Source: Alphaproteobacteria bacterium (GTDB lineage Bacteria > Pseudomonadota > Alphaproteobacteria > Rickettsiales > UBA1997). Taken from it: DNA of 64,000 bases. Below are positions 22,980 to 33,129 of the stretch, piece by piece (position 1 is the stretch's first letter; each line of letters opens with the position of its first letter). Position numbers and translations under genes: made by a program. The stretch spans positions 49,918 through 113,917 of the forward strand of contig JAGKWR010000002.1 in NCBI GenBank assembly GCA_021151765.1, written 5' to 3'. The notes under the pieces were generated by a model. That model saw only the letters and a list, made by a program, of their open reading frames with translations. It was not told the origin of the DNA and made no database searches.

Positions 22980-23484
22980 GAAATTTAATCTAGGACGATT
23001 TATCTTCTTCGTTTTTATAGGTTTAATTGCAGGAATTATTGTTTTTAACACACCTAAAAGCCTTGACGCAGAAGAGCTGAAACAATTTAACCGCGATCCT
23101 AAAAACTATAATGTTAAGTTGCAAATTTTAAATCCAAACAATTCCACAGTCGCTGAATTCATGGTTGCAGTTGCCGATGATGACAATAAAAGAATGTATG
23201 GTTTGATGTTTTTAGAACAAATGCCACAAGACTTTGGAATGATTTTCCACTTCAACAAAAATTCTGAAGTTAACATGTGGATGAAAAACACAATGATCAC
23301 CCTTGATATGCTTTTCATCAACGATCAAGGCGAAATTGTGACTATAAAAGAAAATACCAAACCTTATTCGCTAGACATCATTTCTTCGGAAAAACCTGTT
23401 ACTCAAGTTTTGGAAATAAATGGCGGAATTTGCAAAAAACTCAGTATTAAAGTTGGTCAAAAAATAAGAATTTTAAAAGCGTAA
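22978..23484 (+). CDS. DUF192-family secreted protein (start taken at MKFNLGRF... signal peptide)
   Basis: The 'MYGLMFLEQMPQDFGMIFHFN...MWMKNTMITLDMLFIN' sequence matches the DUF192 pattern. The chosen start abuts the divergent lptA start. Confidence 0.55.
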   Translation: MKFNLGRFIFFVFIGLIAGIIVFNTPKSLDAEELKQFNRDPKNYNVKLQILNPNNSTVAEFMVAVADDDNKRMYGLMFLEQMPQDFGMIFHFNKNSEVNMWMKNTMITLDMLFINDQGEIVTIKENTKPYSLDIISSEKPVTQVLEINGGICKKLSIKVGQKIRILKA

Positions 23485-24788
23485 TGAAAATATTTGTTAT
23501 CCAAGACAAGCTGACTTCCAACCTCGAATCTTCAGCAAAATCAAGCTTTTATCAATTCATAACCAAATCGCAACAAGATGGCGAAAGCGTTAATGCTAAA
23601 GTTGAAGAAATTATCGCACAGACCAAAAAATCTGGAGACGCTACTCTGATCAAACTTTCCAATCAATTCGATAAAACCAAATTCAAGAAAGCTGCTGATT
23701 TTGTAGTTAGTGAAAAAGAAATTAATGCTGCCGAAAAACTGGTCGATAAATCAATTAAATCAGCACTTGAGAAAGCTTTTAAACGCATAAAATCTTATCA
23801 CGAAAAACAACTTCCCCAAGATTTCCGTTACCGCGACAAAGAAGGAGTTGAACTCGGTAACTTATGGCGAGCTGTTGAAAGTATCGGAATTTACACACCT
23901 GGTGGCACTGCTTCTTACCCAAGTTCAGTTTTAATGTCTGCCGTTCCAGCTCTTGTAGCCGGAGTTAAAGATATCTCGATGTGTGTTCCAACAAGTGCTG
24001 GCGCGATTAATCCTGCAGTTTTATTGGCAGCAAAAATTTGCGGCATAAAAAAAATCTACAAAGTGGGAGGAGCACAAGCTGTTGCAGCTTTGGCTTATGG
24101 CACCAAAACCATTTCCAAAGTTAATAAAATCGTTGGCCCAGGAAATTCATACGTAGCTGCTGCTAAAAAAATTCTTTTTGGAACAGTTGGTATCGATATG
24201 ATCGCCGGCCCAACTGACATTACGATAATCGCCGATAAAAATAATAATCCTGATTGGATCGCCGCTGATGCTTTGTCGCAGCTTGAACACGGAGCCGATT
24301 CTAAAGCCTTTATAATCACTAATGATGAAAACTTCGCCATCAAAGTTGTAGCTGCAATTCATAATATTGCTCACACTCTGCCACGCTATGAAATCATTGA
24401 AAAAAGCATGGAAAATTCAGCAATTTTTGTGATTAAAAATATCGAAGATAGCGCGCATCTGGCTAATTTTATCGCACCAGAACATTTGGAAATCGCTACC
24501 AAAAATCCTGAAAAAATAATGCAAAAAATCAAAAACGCCGGTGCAATTTTCTTAGGAAATTATACTCCCGAAGCAATTGGAGACTATATGGCCGGCCCAA
24601 GCCACACTTTACCAACTTCAGCTTCCGCAAAATTTTCTAGCGGTCTGTCTGTTTTTGATTTCCTAAAAAGAATTTCACTGATTTCTTGCACGCAAGAATC
24701 TTTCAATAAATTAGCCAAAAGCACTTCTACATTAGCTGAATGTGAAGGTTTGCACGCCCATAAATTAAGTGTTGATATTCGCAGATGA
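23484..24788 (+). CDS. hisD: Histidinol dehydrogenase
   Basis: The 434-aa product has the HisD fold signatures ('GPGNSYVAAAKK', 'IDMIAGPTD', 'EHLE'). It overlaps the upstream stop by 1 nt and the bamD start by 4 nt. Confidence 0.85.
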   Translation: MKIFVIQDKLTSNLESSAKSSFYQFITKSQQDGESVNAKVEEIIAQTKKSGDATLIKLSNQFDKTKFKKAADFVVSEKEINAAEKLVDKSIKSALEKAFKRIKSYHEKQLPQDFRYRDKEGVELGNLWRAVESIGIYTPGGTASYPSSVLMSAVPALVAGVKDISMCVPTSAGAINPAVLLAAKICGIKKIYKVGGAQAVAALAYGTKTISKVNKIVGPGNSYVAAAKKILFGTVGIDMIAGPTDITIIADKNNNPDWIAADALSQLEHGADSKAFIITNDENFAIKVVAAIHNIAHTLPRYEIIEKSMENSAIFVIKNIEDSAHLANFIAPEHLEIATKNPEKIMQKIKNAGAIFLGNYTPEAIGDYMAGPSHTLPTSASAKFSSGLSVFDFLKRISLISCTQESFNKLAKSTSTLAECEGLHAHKLSVDIRR

Positions 24789-25534
24789 TAAAAAAAATAA
24801 TCCTAACAACTTGTTTACTTACTGTTGCTTTAAGCAGTTTTTCTTGTTCGAAAAAGAAGGAAGAAAAATCCAATGCTGAAATTGCCTATACCAAAGCAAT
24901 GAAAAAGCTAAAAGATCGTGAATTTGTAAGCGCGGCTGAAGCTTTTAGCAAAATTGACGATGATTATCCTTTCTCAAAATGGGCAGTTAAAGCCCAAACT
25001 ATGGCTGTTTATGCCTACTATAAAGAAGAAGATTACAATAAGTTAATCTCGACAGTTGATGATTTTATTCGTCTCAACCCAGCAAACAGCGATGTGTCTT
25101 ACATGCTGTACATGAAAGGTCGTGCCTTTTTTAACCAAATTCCAGAAATTGATCGCGCCCAAGACAATACTCATGAGGCTTCTGCAACATTTCGCGAGTT
25201 GATCGCACGCTTTCCTGATTCACAATATTCAGAAGATGCACGCAAAAAATTATCCTACATTGATGAACATCTGGCCGGAGCTAAAATGTCGATTGGACGC
25301 TACGAAATTCGTAACAAAAATTATGTGGGCGCGATCGGTAATTTTACTGAAGTTACTGAGCGTTACCGCCTTACTAGCCAAGTACCTGAGGCTTATTTTC
25401 GTCTCACAGAAATTTATTATAAAATTGGTATCAAAAAAGAAGCACTCGCTGCTTTCAATAATCTCAAAAGCACTTTTCCAAACAGTGAATGGAAAAATTT
25501 AGCGACTAAAATCGACCCTGAATTATTTCAATGA
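24785..25534 (+). CDS. bamD: Outer membrane protein assembly lipoprotein BamD (YfiO, TPR-like)
   Basis: It has a lipoprotein signal (LSSFSC) and TPR-like repeats with the 'YKEEDYNKLIST...RLNPANSD...YMKGRAFF' pattern of BamD. Confidence 0.8.
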   Translation: MIKKIILTTCLLTVALSSFSCSKKKEEKSNAEIAYTKAMKKLKDREFVSAAEAFSKIDDDYPFSKWAVKAQTMAVYAYYKEEDYNKLISTVDDFIRLNPANSDVSYMLYMKGRAFFNQIPEIDRAQDNTHEASATFRELIARFPDSQYSEDARKKLSYIDEHLAGAKMSIGRYEIRNKNYVGAIGNFTEVTERYRLTSQVPEAYFRLTEIYYKIGIKKEALAAFNNLKSTFPNSEWKNLATKIDPELFQ

Positions 25535-26775
25535 AAACTCGCGCTATTATTGGCTCCGACAATATTTGGCTGCCCTACACTCAAATGCAAAATCATTTGC
25601 CGCAGCTCGAAGTTTTGCGCACGAAAGATTGTAAAATTTTCCTCAAAGATGGTCGTGTTTTAATTGACGGAATCAGCTCTTGGTGGTCTGTGGCGCACGG
25701 TTACAATCATCCGCATTTAGTTAAAGAAATCACCAAACAAGTCAAAATTTTGCCGCATATTATGATGGCGGGATTTGCCGCCGATCAAACTTACAAGCTG
25801 GCAAATCGCTTGTGTAATTTCGCAAAAATGGATCGTGTTTTCTTTTCCGATTCCGGATCAACAGCAGTTGAAGTTGCCATGAAAATGTGTTGGCAATTTC
25901 ACATAAATAAAGGCGAAAAAACGCGTACGAAATTTATTTCATTTAAAAATTCTTATCACGGCGACACTACTGGCGCAATGTCTTTGGCTGATTTAAACAG
26001 CGGCATGCATCAAAAATTCGCTAATTTATTGCTACAAAATTTTTCGCTCGATTTACCCCAAAATACTCAAGATTTAATCGAATTTGAAAATTTTATCGTC
26101 GCGCATAAATCACAACTTGCCGGAATTTTTGTTGAACCAATGGTGCAATGCGCTGGCGGTATGGTTTTTGGTGATGCACAAATTTTACGTCAGATTTTTT
26201 TGATCGCCAAAAAACATCAAATTCTTTTCGTGGCCGATGAATGCGCTGTCGGGTTTTATCGCCTCGGCAAAAAATTTGGCTGTGATTTTGCAGAAATTTC
26301 ACCAGATATTTTAACTTTAGGGAAAGCACTGACTGGCGGATTTGTTGGCTTGGCAGCAACTTTAACAACAAACGAGATTTTCGAAACTTTCCTCAGCGAC
26401 TCGCTCGACAACGCTTTGATGCACGGACCAACTTTTATGGGCAACCCTCTTGCCTGTTCAGCTGCCAACGCTTCGCTCGATCTTTTTGAAAAATATGACT
26501 ACGCCAAAAAAGTCGCCAAAATCGAGAAATTTTTACTGCGAGAATTAAACAAATGCCGCAGCAAAAAAAATGTCAAAGGTGTACGCGTGATTGGCGCGAT
26601 CGGTGTTGTCGAAATTGTCGGCGACTTCAGCAAAATGTTGGAATTACGCCAAAAATTTATCGCCGCCGGAGTATTCTTGCGCCCTTTCGCCAATTGTGTT
26701 TACGTCATGCCAGCCTTGAACATCAAAAAGAGCGATTTGCAAAAAATCACTGACGCTATCAACGCCATTTTGTAA
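25531..26775 (+). CDS. bioA: Adenosylmethionine-8-amino-7-oxononanoate aminotransferase
   Basis: It is a class III aminotransferase with 'SWWSVAHGYNHP' and 'FVADECAVGFYRLGK'. Confidence 0.85.
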   Translation: MKTRAIIGSDNIWLPYTQMQNHLPQLEVLRTKDCKIFLKDGRVLIDGISSWWSVAHGYNHPHLVKEITKQVKILPHIMMAGFAADQTYKLANRLCNFAKMDRVFFSDSGSTAVEVAMKMCWQFHINKGEKTRTKFISFKNSYHGDTTGAMSLADLNSGMHQKFANLLLQNFSLDLPQNTQDLIEFENFIVAHKSQLAGIFVEPMVQCAGGMVFGDAQILRQIFLIAKKHQILFVADECAVGFYRLGKKFGCDFAEISPDILTLGKALTGGFVGLAATLTTNEIFETFLSDSLDNALMHGPTFMGNPLACSAANASLDLFEKYDYAKKVAKIEKFLLRELNKCRSKKNVKGVRVIGAIGVVEIVGDFSKMLELRQKFIAAGVFLRPFANCVYVMPALNIKKSDLQKITDAINAIL

Positions 26776-26806
26776 TTATTTTCAGCCCTGCCTTAGTTTA
26801 AAAAAT

Positions 26807-28555
26807 TTATTCAGCGTAAAAATTTGCAATCACTTCGCTGTATTTTTTTTCAAGAACTGCTCGCTTAAGTTTCATTGAAGGAGTTATGTCGCCGGATTCG
26901 ATGGATATTGGCTGCGTTGCGATATGAAATTTTTGAATTTGTTCCCAGTGATCTAACTTAGAATTCAGAATTGTGATATTTTTTTCGACGAATTGTTGTA
27001 AAATTTTTGATTGTAGAAACTCAACATCATCGCCTTTGAAATTAAATTTTTGTTTGAATTTTTCCAAAGTTTCAAATTCGGGAAACAACAAAGCACTGGT
27101 AAATTTTCGCCCTTCCCCGATTACAACCGCGCCCAACAAAAAGCCTAAATTTTGCATTAATTTTTGTTCTAAAACTACCGGCGAAACATATTTTCCATTA
27201 GCGTTTTTGAAAACTTCTTTTTTGCGCCCAATAATTTTTACAAAACCATCAGCGTCAATTTCGGCAAGATCACCGGTTTTAATCCAACCATCTTTCATAA
27301 CTTCTGCAGTTTTTGCCGCATCGTTATGATATCCGCGCATAATATTTGAACCACTTGCCAGCAATTCGCCATCCTCAGCAATTTTAAGTTTTACGGAAGT
27401 AAAAGCTTTGCCAACAGTGCCGAATTTGTGATGATCCGGACAATTTGCCGCCAAAACTGGCGCACATTCTGTCATGCCGTAACCACAATATAGTGCAACA
27501 CCGATATTGCGATAAAAGCGTTCGATATCTTGTGACAAAGCTGCTCCACCACAAATCATCATACGCATTTTGCCACCTAAAGCAGCACGGAATTTTTTAT
27601 AAACCAACACATCAAAAATTTTATCGAGCAGATTTTGCGGACACTCAACATCTTTACTCAAAGCACGTTTTATGGCTTTTTGGCCTAAAAATTTTTTGAA
27701 AAAACTACCATTTTCAACATTGTCTTTGATGCGCGCAAAAACTTTTTCCATCACTCGCGGCACAGTCGTCATCAAGTTTGGTTGCACTTCACGCAAAAAA
27801 ACGCCGACATTTTTTACATCGTCAACAAAATGAACCTCAACACCTTGCGTAATGTAAAACATCATCACCATACGTTCAAAAATATGGGCTAAAGGCAGGA
27901 AAGACAAAACTACATCTTCTTTTTCTAAACGATAAAAAATCGCCGTATCGTGAATTTGCGAAACTAAATTTTGATGAGTTAATTCAACGCCTTTGGGCTT
28001 TCCAGTGCTTCCCGAAGTATAAATTATTGTCGCTAAATCTTGCGGATTTGTCGCGCTGACTAAATCTGCAAAATTGTATTTTTGCTGCTGCGCTGCTTGG
28101 CGACCAATTTCTAATATTTCTTCAAAGCTCACTGCACCTTGCTTTCCGGCTGCATAAGAAATTATTTTTATGTCGGGATTATAATTTCTAACTTGCTCTA
28201 AAACCGCGTCATTATCGGTGAAAAAATACGCAACTTTGGCGTCGTTAATTTCAAAAATTAAATTCTCGCTCGAAATATTATCAAAAATTGGAACTGTCAC
28301 TGCACCAGCTAAAATGGAGGCGAAATCAACAATTAACCAGATTGGATTTTGATAAGAACAAATCGCCAAAGTTTGATTTTTCGTAACTCCAATTTCTTTC
28401 AGTCCGCAAGCAAAATGGAAGATATCATCACAAAATTGCTGATTGGAAAAACTGCGCCACTGACCATTTTCTTTGAAATTTAAAGCTCGCGCATTGTTGA
28501 ACTGTTGTGCTTGAAAATCGATTAGTTGCGTTAAAGTTTTGAAATTGGCCATCAA
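26807..28555 (-). CDS. Long-chain fatty acid--CoA ligase (AMP-binding superfamily)
   Basis: The AMP-binding motif 'YTSGSTGKPKGV' and 'GYGMTE' are present. The 582-aa length is typical of FadD/FACS. Confidence 0.85.
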   Translation of the reverse strand: MMANFKTLTQLIDFQAQQFNNARALNFKENGQWRSFSNQQFCDDIFHFACGLKEIGVTKNQTLAICSYQNPIWLIVDFASILAGAVTVPIFDNISSENLIFEINDAKVAYFFTDNDAVLEQVRNYNPDIKIISYAAGKQGAVSFEEILEIGRQAAQQQKYNFADLVSATNPQDLATIIYTSGSTGKPKGVELTHQNLVSQIHDTAIFYRLEKEDVVLSFLPLAHIFERMVMMFYITQGVEVHFVDDVKNVGVFLREVQPNLMTTVPRVMEKVFARIKDNVENGSFFKKFLGQKAIKRALSKDVECPQNLLDKIFDVLVYKKFRAALGGKMRMMICGGAALSQDIERFYRNIGVALYCGYGMTECAPVLAANCPDHHKFGTVGKAFTSVKLKIAEDGELLASGSNIMRGYHNDAAKTAEVMKDGWIKTGDLAEIDADGFVKIIGRKKEVFKNANGKYVSPVVLEQKLMQNLGFLLGAVVIGEGRKFTSALLFPEFETLEKFKQKFNFKGDDVEFLQSKILQQFVEKNITILNSKLDHWEQIQKFHIATQPISIESGDITPSMKLKRAVLEKKYSEVIANFYAE

Positions 28556-29671
28556 TTATAGAATATTTTTAATCAAACCAAAAATTGTCTGAACTTTTAA
28601 GTATAAGTCAGGATTATGCTGCAGATAAGAACGAATCATCACATCAACACCTGAAGTTTTGGCGAAATACAAACAAATTATCATCAAAAACATGATCGAA
28701 AAATAATTGGCGATCGAATCAAAAAAACGTGGCCCAATCATTGATTCTGTAATCTTAACATTTTGCACTTTAGCAATTCTTTTGGCGGTGCCGGGATGAG
28801 TTGAAAAAAGTGTAAAATAACCGCCTTTTCCAAGCATCGACAAAGCCAGTGCCATGTTGTGTCCGCCGAAAGCACGCGCTGATTGATAATCACAACGAAA
28901 TTCCAAAGAACGGCTGATAAAACGGCGTAAAAATTCGTAAACGTTATACACCACGAAACGATTAAAAAAAGTCAGCAAAAATCGCGTCACCGAATATAAA
29001 TTTGTCATGATATAGCTATATTGTCGCATCGCTGGAATCATCACGAAAAATTGCGTAATTACTCGAAATATTGTAGTCAAAACTGACGACACAAAATTGG
29101 TTACTTTTTGATTAGTGATGATCAAAAAACCCGGTAAAAAATCTTTATTCACAAGATGCGACATCTCATGCCCTATAATGCTGCGCAAGGCATTAAGGAA
29201 TTTTTTTGGATCAGAACACTCAACCAAATAATGTTTAATTAAACCGTGAGTTAAAACTATCGCTTTTTTGTTGAAACTGCTCACCGCGTAGGCGTTTATT
29301 TCATCAGAATTCTTAACGTATAAACGTACATTTTTTTCACCAAATTTAGTTTTAACTTGATCGAAAATATCGCTCAAAAAATCGTAATCTTTAATCTTGT
29401 CAAAACGCTTGCAGTTCTTCAAAGAAGAGCGCACAGAAAAGCCAAACAGAAAATCTAAAAATAAATAAAACAGCATCAAAAAGCTGATAACGAAAAAGAT
29501 AAAACAAAAAACCAACTGTAATTTATTTAACATTCCATTATCTAAGGTAGAGTGATTTGCTCCCATATTAATCAATGGCAGAAGCGCAATCGTAAAAGGT
29601 GAAATCAAAACCATAATGTTAATTACGGTAATCACATAAACGAGAATCAAACTAATAGGTTTAGAGAACAT
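28556..29671 (-). CDS. M48-family zinc metalloprotease (HtpX-like), membrane
   Basis: Several TM helices and the HEXXH motif 'IGHEMSHLVNKD' are present. Confidence 0.7.
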   Translation of the reverse strand: MFSKPISLILVYVITVINIMVLISPFTIALLPLINMGANHSTLDNGMLNKLQLVFCFIFFVISFLMLFYLFLDFLFGFSVRSSLKNCKRFDKIKDYDFLSDIFDQVKTKFGEKNVRLYVKNSDEINAYAVSSFNKKAIVLTHGLIKHYLVECSDPKKFLNALRSIIGHEMSHLVNKDFLPGFLIITNQKVTNFVSSVLTTIFRVITQFFVMIPAMRQYSYIMTNLYSVTRFLLTFFNRFVVYNVYEFLRRFISRSLEFRCDYQSARAFGGHNMALALSMLGKGGYFTLFSTHPGTAKRIAKVQNVKITESMIGPRFFDSIANYFSIMFLMIICLYFAKTSGVDVMIRSYLQHNPDLYLKVQTIFGLIKNIL

Positions 29672-29770
29672 GAATTTTCAGAAATTTAAGAGAAAGAATG
29701 TTTGAAATTTTTTAATAACTTATTACTTAGGACATAAATTTTTCAATTCTTTAATCCTACTTTAACAAAA

Positions 29771-30598
29771 ATGCGTACAATCCAAGTTCAAAATCTCAAA
29801 ATCGCCAACAACTTACCATTCACTTTGCTTGCTGGCCCTTGCCAAACAGAATCAATGGATCACAGCTTGATGATGGCAAGCAACATAAAAAGAATTTGCG
29901 ATAAGCTCGGCATTAATTTTATTTACAAATCATCTTTCGACAAAGCCAATCGTTCAAGCGTTGGCGGTCAACGTGGTGCTGGATTGGAGAAAACTTTGCC
30001 AATTTTTGCCGAAATCAAAAAACAATTTAAATGCCCAATCATCACTGACATTCACAACGAAGAACATTGCCGCATTTTGGCTGATCGTGAAGAAGTCGAT
30101 ATTTTACAAGTTCCAGCATTTTTGTGTCGCCAAACTGATTTATTGGAAGCCGCCGCGAAAAGTGGTAAAGTGATTAACATCAAAAAAGGTCAATTTTTAG
30201 CGCCTTGGGATGCCGCAAATATCGTTAAAAAAATGGATTATTTCGGTAACCAAAACGTAATGTTGACTGAACGTGGCGTCAGCTTTGGCTACAATACTTT
30301 GGTTTCTGATATGCGTTCATTGCCAATCATGGCACAAACTGGTTGCCCAGTTGTGTTTGATGCGACGCACTCAGTTCAACAACCTGGTGGTTTAGGCGGC
30401 GCTAGTGGCGGCCAACGTGAATTTGTCGATACTTTGGCTTCAGCAGCAGTCGCAGTTGGTGTTGCCGCTGTATTTATGGAAGTTCACCAAGATCCAGATA
30501 ACGCGCCTTCAGATGGTCCATGCATGGTGCGTTTAGACAATTTAGAAAAACTTTTGACCAAATTGAAAAAATTAGACGAGATCGCCAAAGCTCAGTAA
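29771..30598 (+). CDS. kdsA: 2-dehydro-3-deoxyphosphooctonate aldolase (KDO8P synthase)
   Basis: The '[10 protein letters not shown]', 'FDKANRSS' and '[11 protein letters not shown]' signatures are present. Confidence 0.92.
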   Translation: MRTIQVQNLKIANNLPFTLLAGPCQTESMDHSLMMASNIKRICDKLGINFIYKSSFDKANRSSVGGQRGAGLEKTLPIFAEIKKQFKCPIITDIHNEEHCRILADREEVDILQVPAFLCRQTDLLEAAAKSGKVINIKKGQFLAPWDAANIVKKMDYFGNQNVMLTERGVSFGYNTLVSDMRSLPIMAQTGCPVVFDATHSVQQPGGLGGASGGQREFVDTLASAAVAVGVAAVFMEVHQDPDNAPSDGPCMVRLDNLEKLLTKLKKLDEIAKAQ

Positions 30599-30613
30599 CA
30601 ACTAAAAAACCAT

Positions 30614-31282
30614 ATGAAACTTCATCTTTTAGTTATCGACGACGACACCAGATTACGTAACCTTCTTGGACGCTTCTTGGAAGAAAATGGCTTTCAGGTG
30701 TCACTTGCTAAAGATACAGCTGAAGCGAAAAATATGATCGAAACCACAAGGTTTGATTTGATGATTGTTGACGTAATGATGCCCGGCGAAAGCGGTATCG
30801 AATTTACTTCTAATTTCCGCAAAAGTTCTACCACTCCAATAGTTATGCTAACTGCACGTGGTGAGTTTGAAGATCGCATTAAAGGTCTTGAATCTGGTGC
30901 CGATGATTATTTACAAAAGCCTTTCGAACCAAAAGAATTACTACTACGCATCAATAATGTTTTGAAGCGTTTTGGCGTTGCTAGCAAAAATCCAAATATT
31001 TGTAGTTTTGGTGAATTCTCTTTCAATCTCAGTGACGGCCGTTTGAAAAAAGGCGAAGATTTCATTCACATCACTGATTCAGAAAGCAAAATTTTAAAAA
31101 TATTGTGCCAAGAAACTGGCAAAGTAATCAGCCGCGAAACTTTGTCTTCATTATGCGGTGACATTGACGAACGTAGTATCGACGTTCAAATCACTCGCTT
31201 AAGACGCAAAATCGAATCCAATCCAAAACAGCCACACTACCTACAGACTGTAAGAAATAAAGGTTACGTGATTTACAATTAA
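30614..31282 (+). CDS. OmpR-family two-component response regulator (receiver plus winged-helix), no adjacent kinase
   Basis: The receiver 'LLVIDDD...DLMIVDVMMPGESG' is followed by a trans_reg_C domain ('...RLRRKIE...GYV'). Confidence 0.85.
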   Translation: MKLHLLVIDDDTRLRNLLGRFLEENGFQVSLAKDTAEAKNMIETTRFDLMIVDVMMPGESGIEFTSNFRKSSTTPIVMLTARGEFEDRIKGLESGADDYLQKPFEPKELLLRINNVLKRFGVASKNPNICSFGEFSFNLSDGRLKKGEDFIHITDSESKILKILCQETGKVISRETLSSLCGDIDERSIDVQITRLRRKIESNPKQPHYLQTVRNKGYVIYN

Positions 31283-31315
31283 AAATTGGATTTTGTTTTG
31301 CTACCAATTGTAGTT

Positions 31316-32686
31316 TTAATTATCTTTTTTCGGCAAAATTTTGTTCAAGATTTTTTCGCCTTCTTCACTTTGAGCGATTCCAGATAACATTGAGGCAATA
31401 TCAGTCCCACCTTTAGCAGAAAAAATATCAGTAATTTTATTAATGCCACTGCTGATATCACCACCGTTTGCGATAACTTTTAAATTAGCGCCTTTCAGTG
31501 ATTCAGCTTGTTTCATGCCGATTGCTTGATCGGCCTCAATTTTACGAACAGTGAGTAAGTAATGTTGATAAGATTGATTTTGTCCAATCTCTTTCGCCAA
31601 CTCAATCTGTGCATTTACTGGAGCTAATTGCATCAATTTCTCAGCTTCTGCTTTTGCTTCACCTTCAGCTTTTATACCTTCAGCTCCAAGTTTCTGTGAT
31701 TGTAGATTTCCTTCGGCATGCAAGATGTTTTGCTGTTTTACACCTTCAGCATTTATAATACTTTTTTGTTTCTCGCCGTCAGCTTTTATAATGTTGGTTT
31801 GTTTATCTTGATCTGCTTTTACTAGATTTTTATCGCGTTCGATCTCAGCTTTCTTGATCTCTTCAACTCGCACAACATTCATTTCTTTTTCTTTGGTAAT
31901 ACGTTGCTGTTCTTTGATTTCTTGCGCAGACATTTCAATTGCGATCCCAATTTGCTTGTCTTTCTCAGCGGTTCTTTGTCCGACTTCTTGTAATGATTGT
32001 TGTTCTTGCAAGGAAGTTTGTTTGCGGGCTTCAATCTCTGCTATTTGTGCAATTTGCATATTTTTTGCGACTTCGGTACGAGACTGCATTTCGATATGAG
32101 ATTTTTTCTTCTCCATGATGTTTTTAATCACCGAACTATCTTTGTGATCTCTGATATCCATCAGCTCAATATTCTTGACTGTTGAAACCCCCCAATTTGA
32201 TAATTGAGCACTGACTTCTTTAGTAAATTCATCACCAAACTTTGAACGACCTTGCATAATTTCTTCAATTTCACTGCTAGCGAGAATTGTTCTAACCGAT
32301 CCTTGAACTACAGCTTTTAATTGTTCTCTTAATTCATCAAAAGAGGCAACACGTTGAGCAGATACATCACTCGAGGTGATTCTAAAAAATGCCTTGATAT
32401 CAACCACAAAAGGAAGACGTCCTTTATCGTAAGCTTCATATCCACTAAGATCTAAGTCAAAAACACTTACTGGTAAAATTGTCTTAGTCACCCCAATTAC
32501 AGGAAGAGCTGACGGCCATTCGTAATAAGTATTTCCATCAGCCATATCTTTTCCGTAAGATACTGTTTTTTTGCGTGACTGCACAATGTGCACTTCATTA
32601 GTTGGAACAACTCTGCGTAGAAAATAAGGAATTGCGCAAATAGCCAAAATTATAATCACAACTGTAATTGGTAGTAAGCTATCCAT
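31316..32686 (-). CDS. SPFH/band-7 (flotillin/YqiK-like) membrane protein with an extended coiled-coil
   Basis: An N-terminal TM segment and SPFH domain are followed by a long EA/KA-rich repeat coiled-coil ('KADQDKQTNIIKADGEKQ...'). Confidence 0.75.
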   Translation of the reverse strand: MDSLLPITVVIIILAICAIPYFLRRVVPTNEVHIVQSRKKTVSYGKDMADGNTYYEWPSALPVIGVTKTILPVSVFDLDLSGYEAYDKGRLPFVVDIKAFFRITSSDVSAQRVASFDELREQLKAVVQGSVRTILASSEIEEIMQGRSKFGDEFTKEVSAQLSNWGVSTVKNIELMDIRDHKDSSVIKNIMEKKKSHIEMQSRTEVAKNMQIAQIAEIEARKQTSLQEQQSLQEVGQRTAEKDKQIGIAIEMSAQEIKEQQRITKEKEMNVVRVEEIKKAEIERDKNLVKADQDKQTNIIKADGEKQKSIINAEGVKQQNILHAEGNLQSQKLGAEGIKAEGEAKAEAEKLMQLAPVNAQIELAKEIGQNQSYQHYLLTVRKIEADQAIGMKQAESLKGANLKVIANGGDISSGINKITDIFSAKGGTDIASMLSGIAQSEEGEKILNKILPKKDN

Positions 32687-33129
32687 AAATAAAACAAGTT
32701 TAATGTTGGTAATGAGTGACGAAGCTAAGTTTTAGTCACTTATGATTTCATATTCCCTAATTTCTAATTAAAATCATGAATAATTTGTTACAAATCCAGA
32801 TCAGATTAATGAACTACTATCTATGATCTTTTTAAAATTAATGGATAGTGTTCCAAGGTAATTCCGAGAAACAGACTTTTCTAAAAACTAATAATGATAA
32901 CGACAGCTAGTCACCGTAATCTTTTGACCTATCAACGATATAAAATAATCGATGCTCTTTAGTAATTCTGCGCAACCAAAAGCCTGAAAGTTCAAATTTT
33001 AGCTTTTCTAGCTTCCCTGTCACTTCGAATAGATGTTTTGATATTTCGTCAAACAGCTCCACAATCCGATTAAAAAAATTTTAGACGTTTGTCCTTTTCC
33101 GTATGCTAAAGGGAAAACGCCTTACTTTT

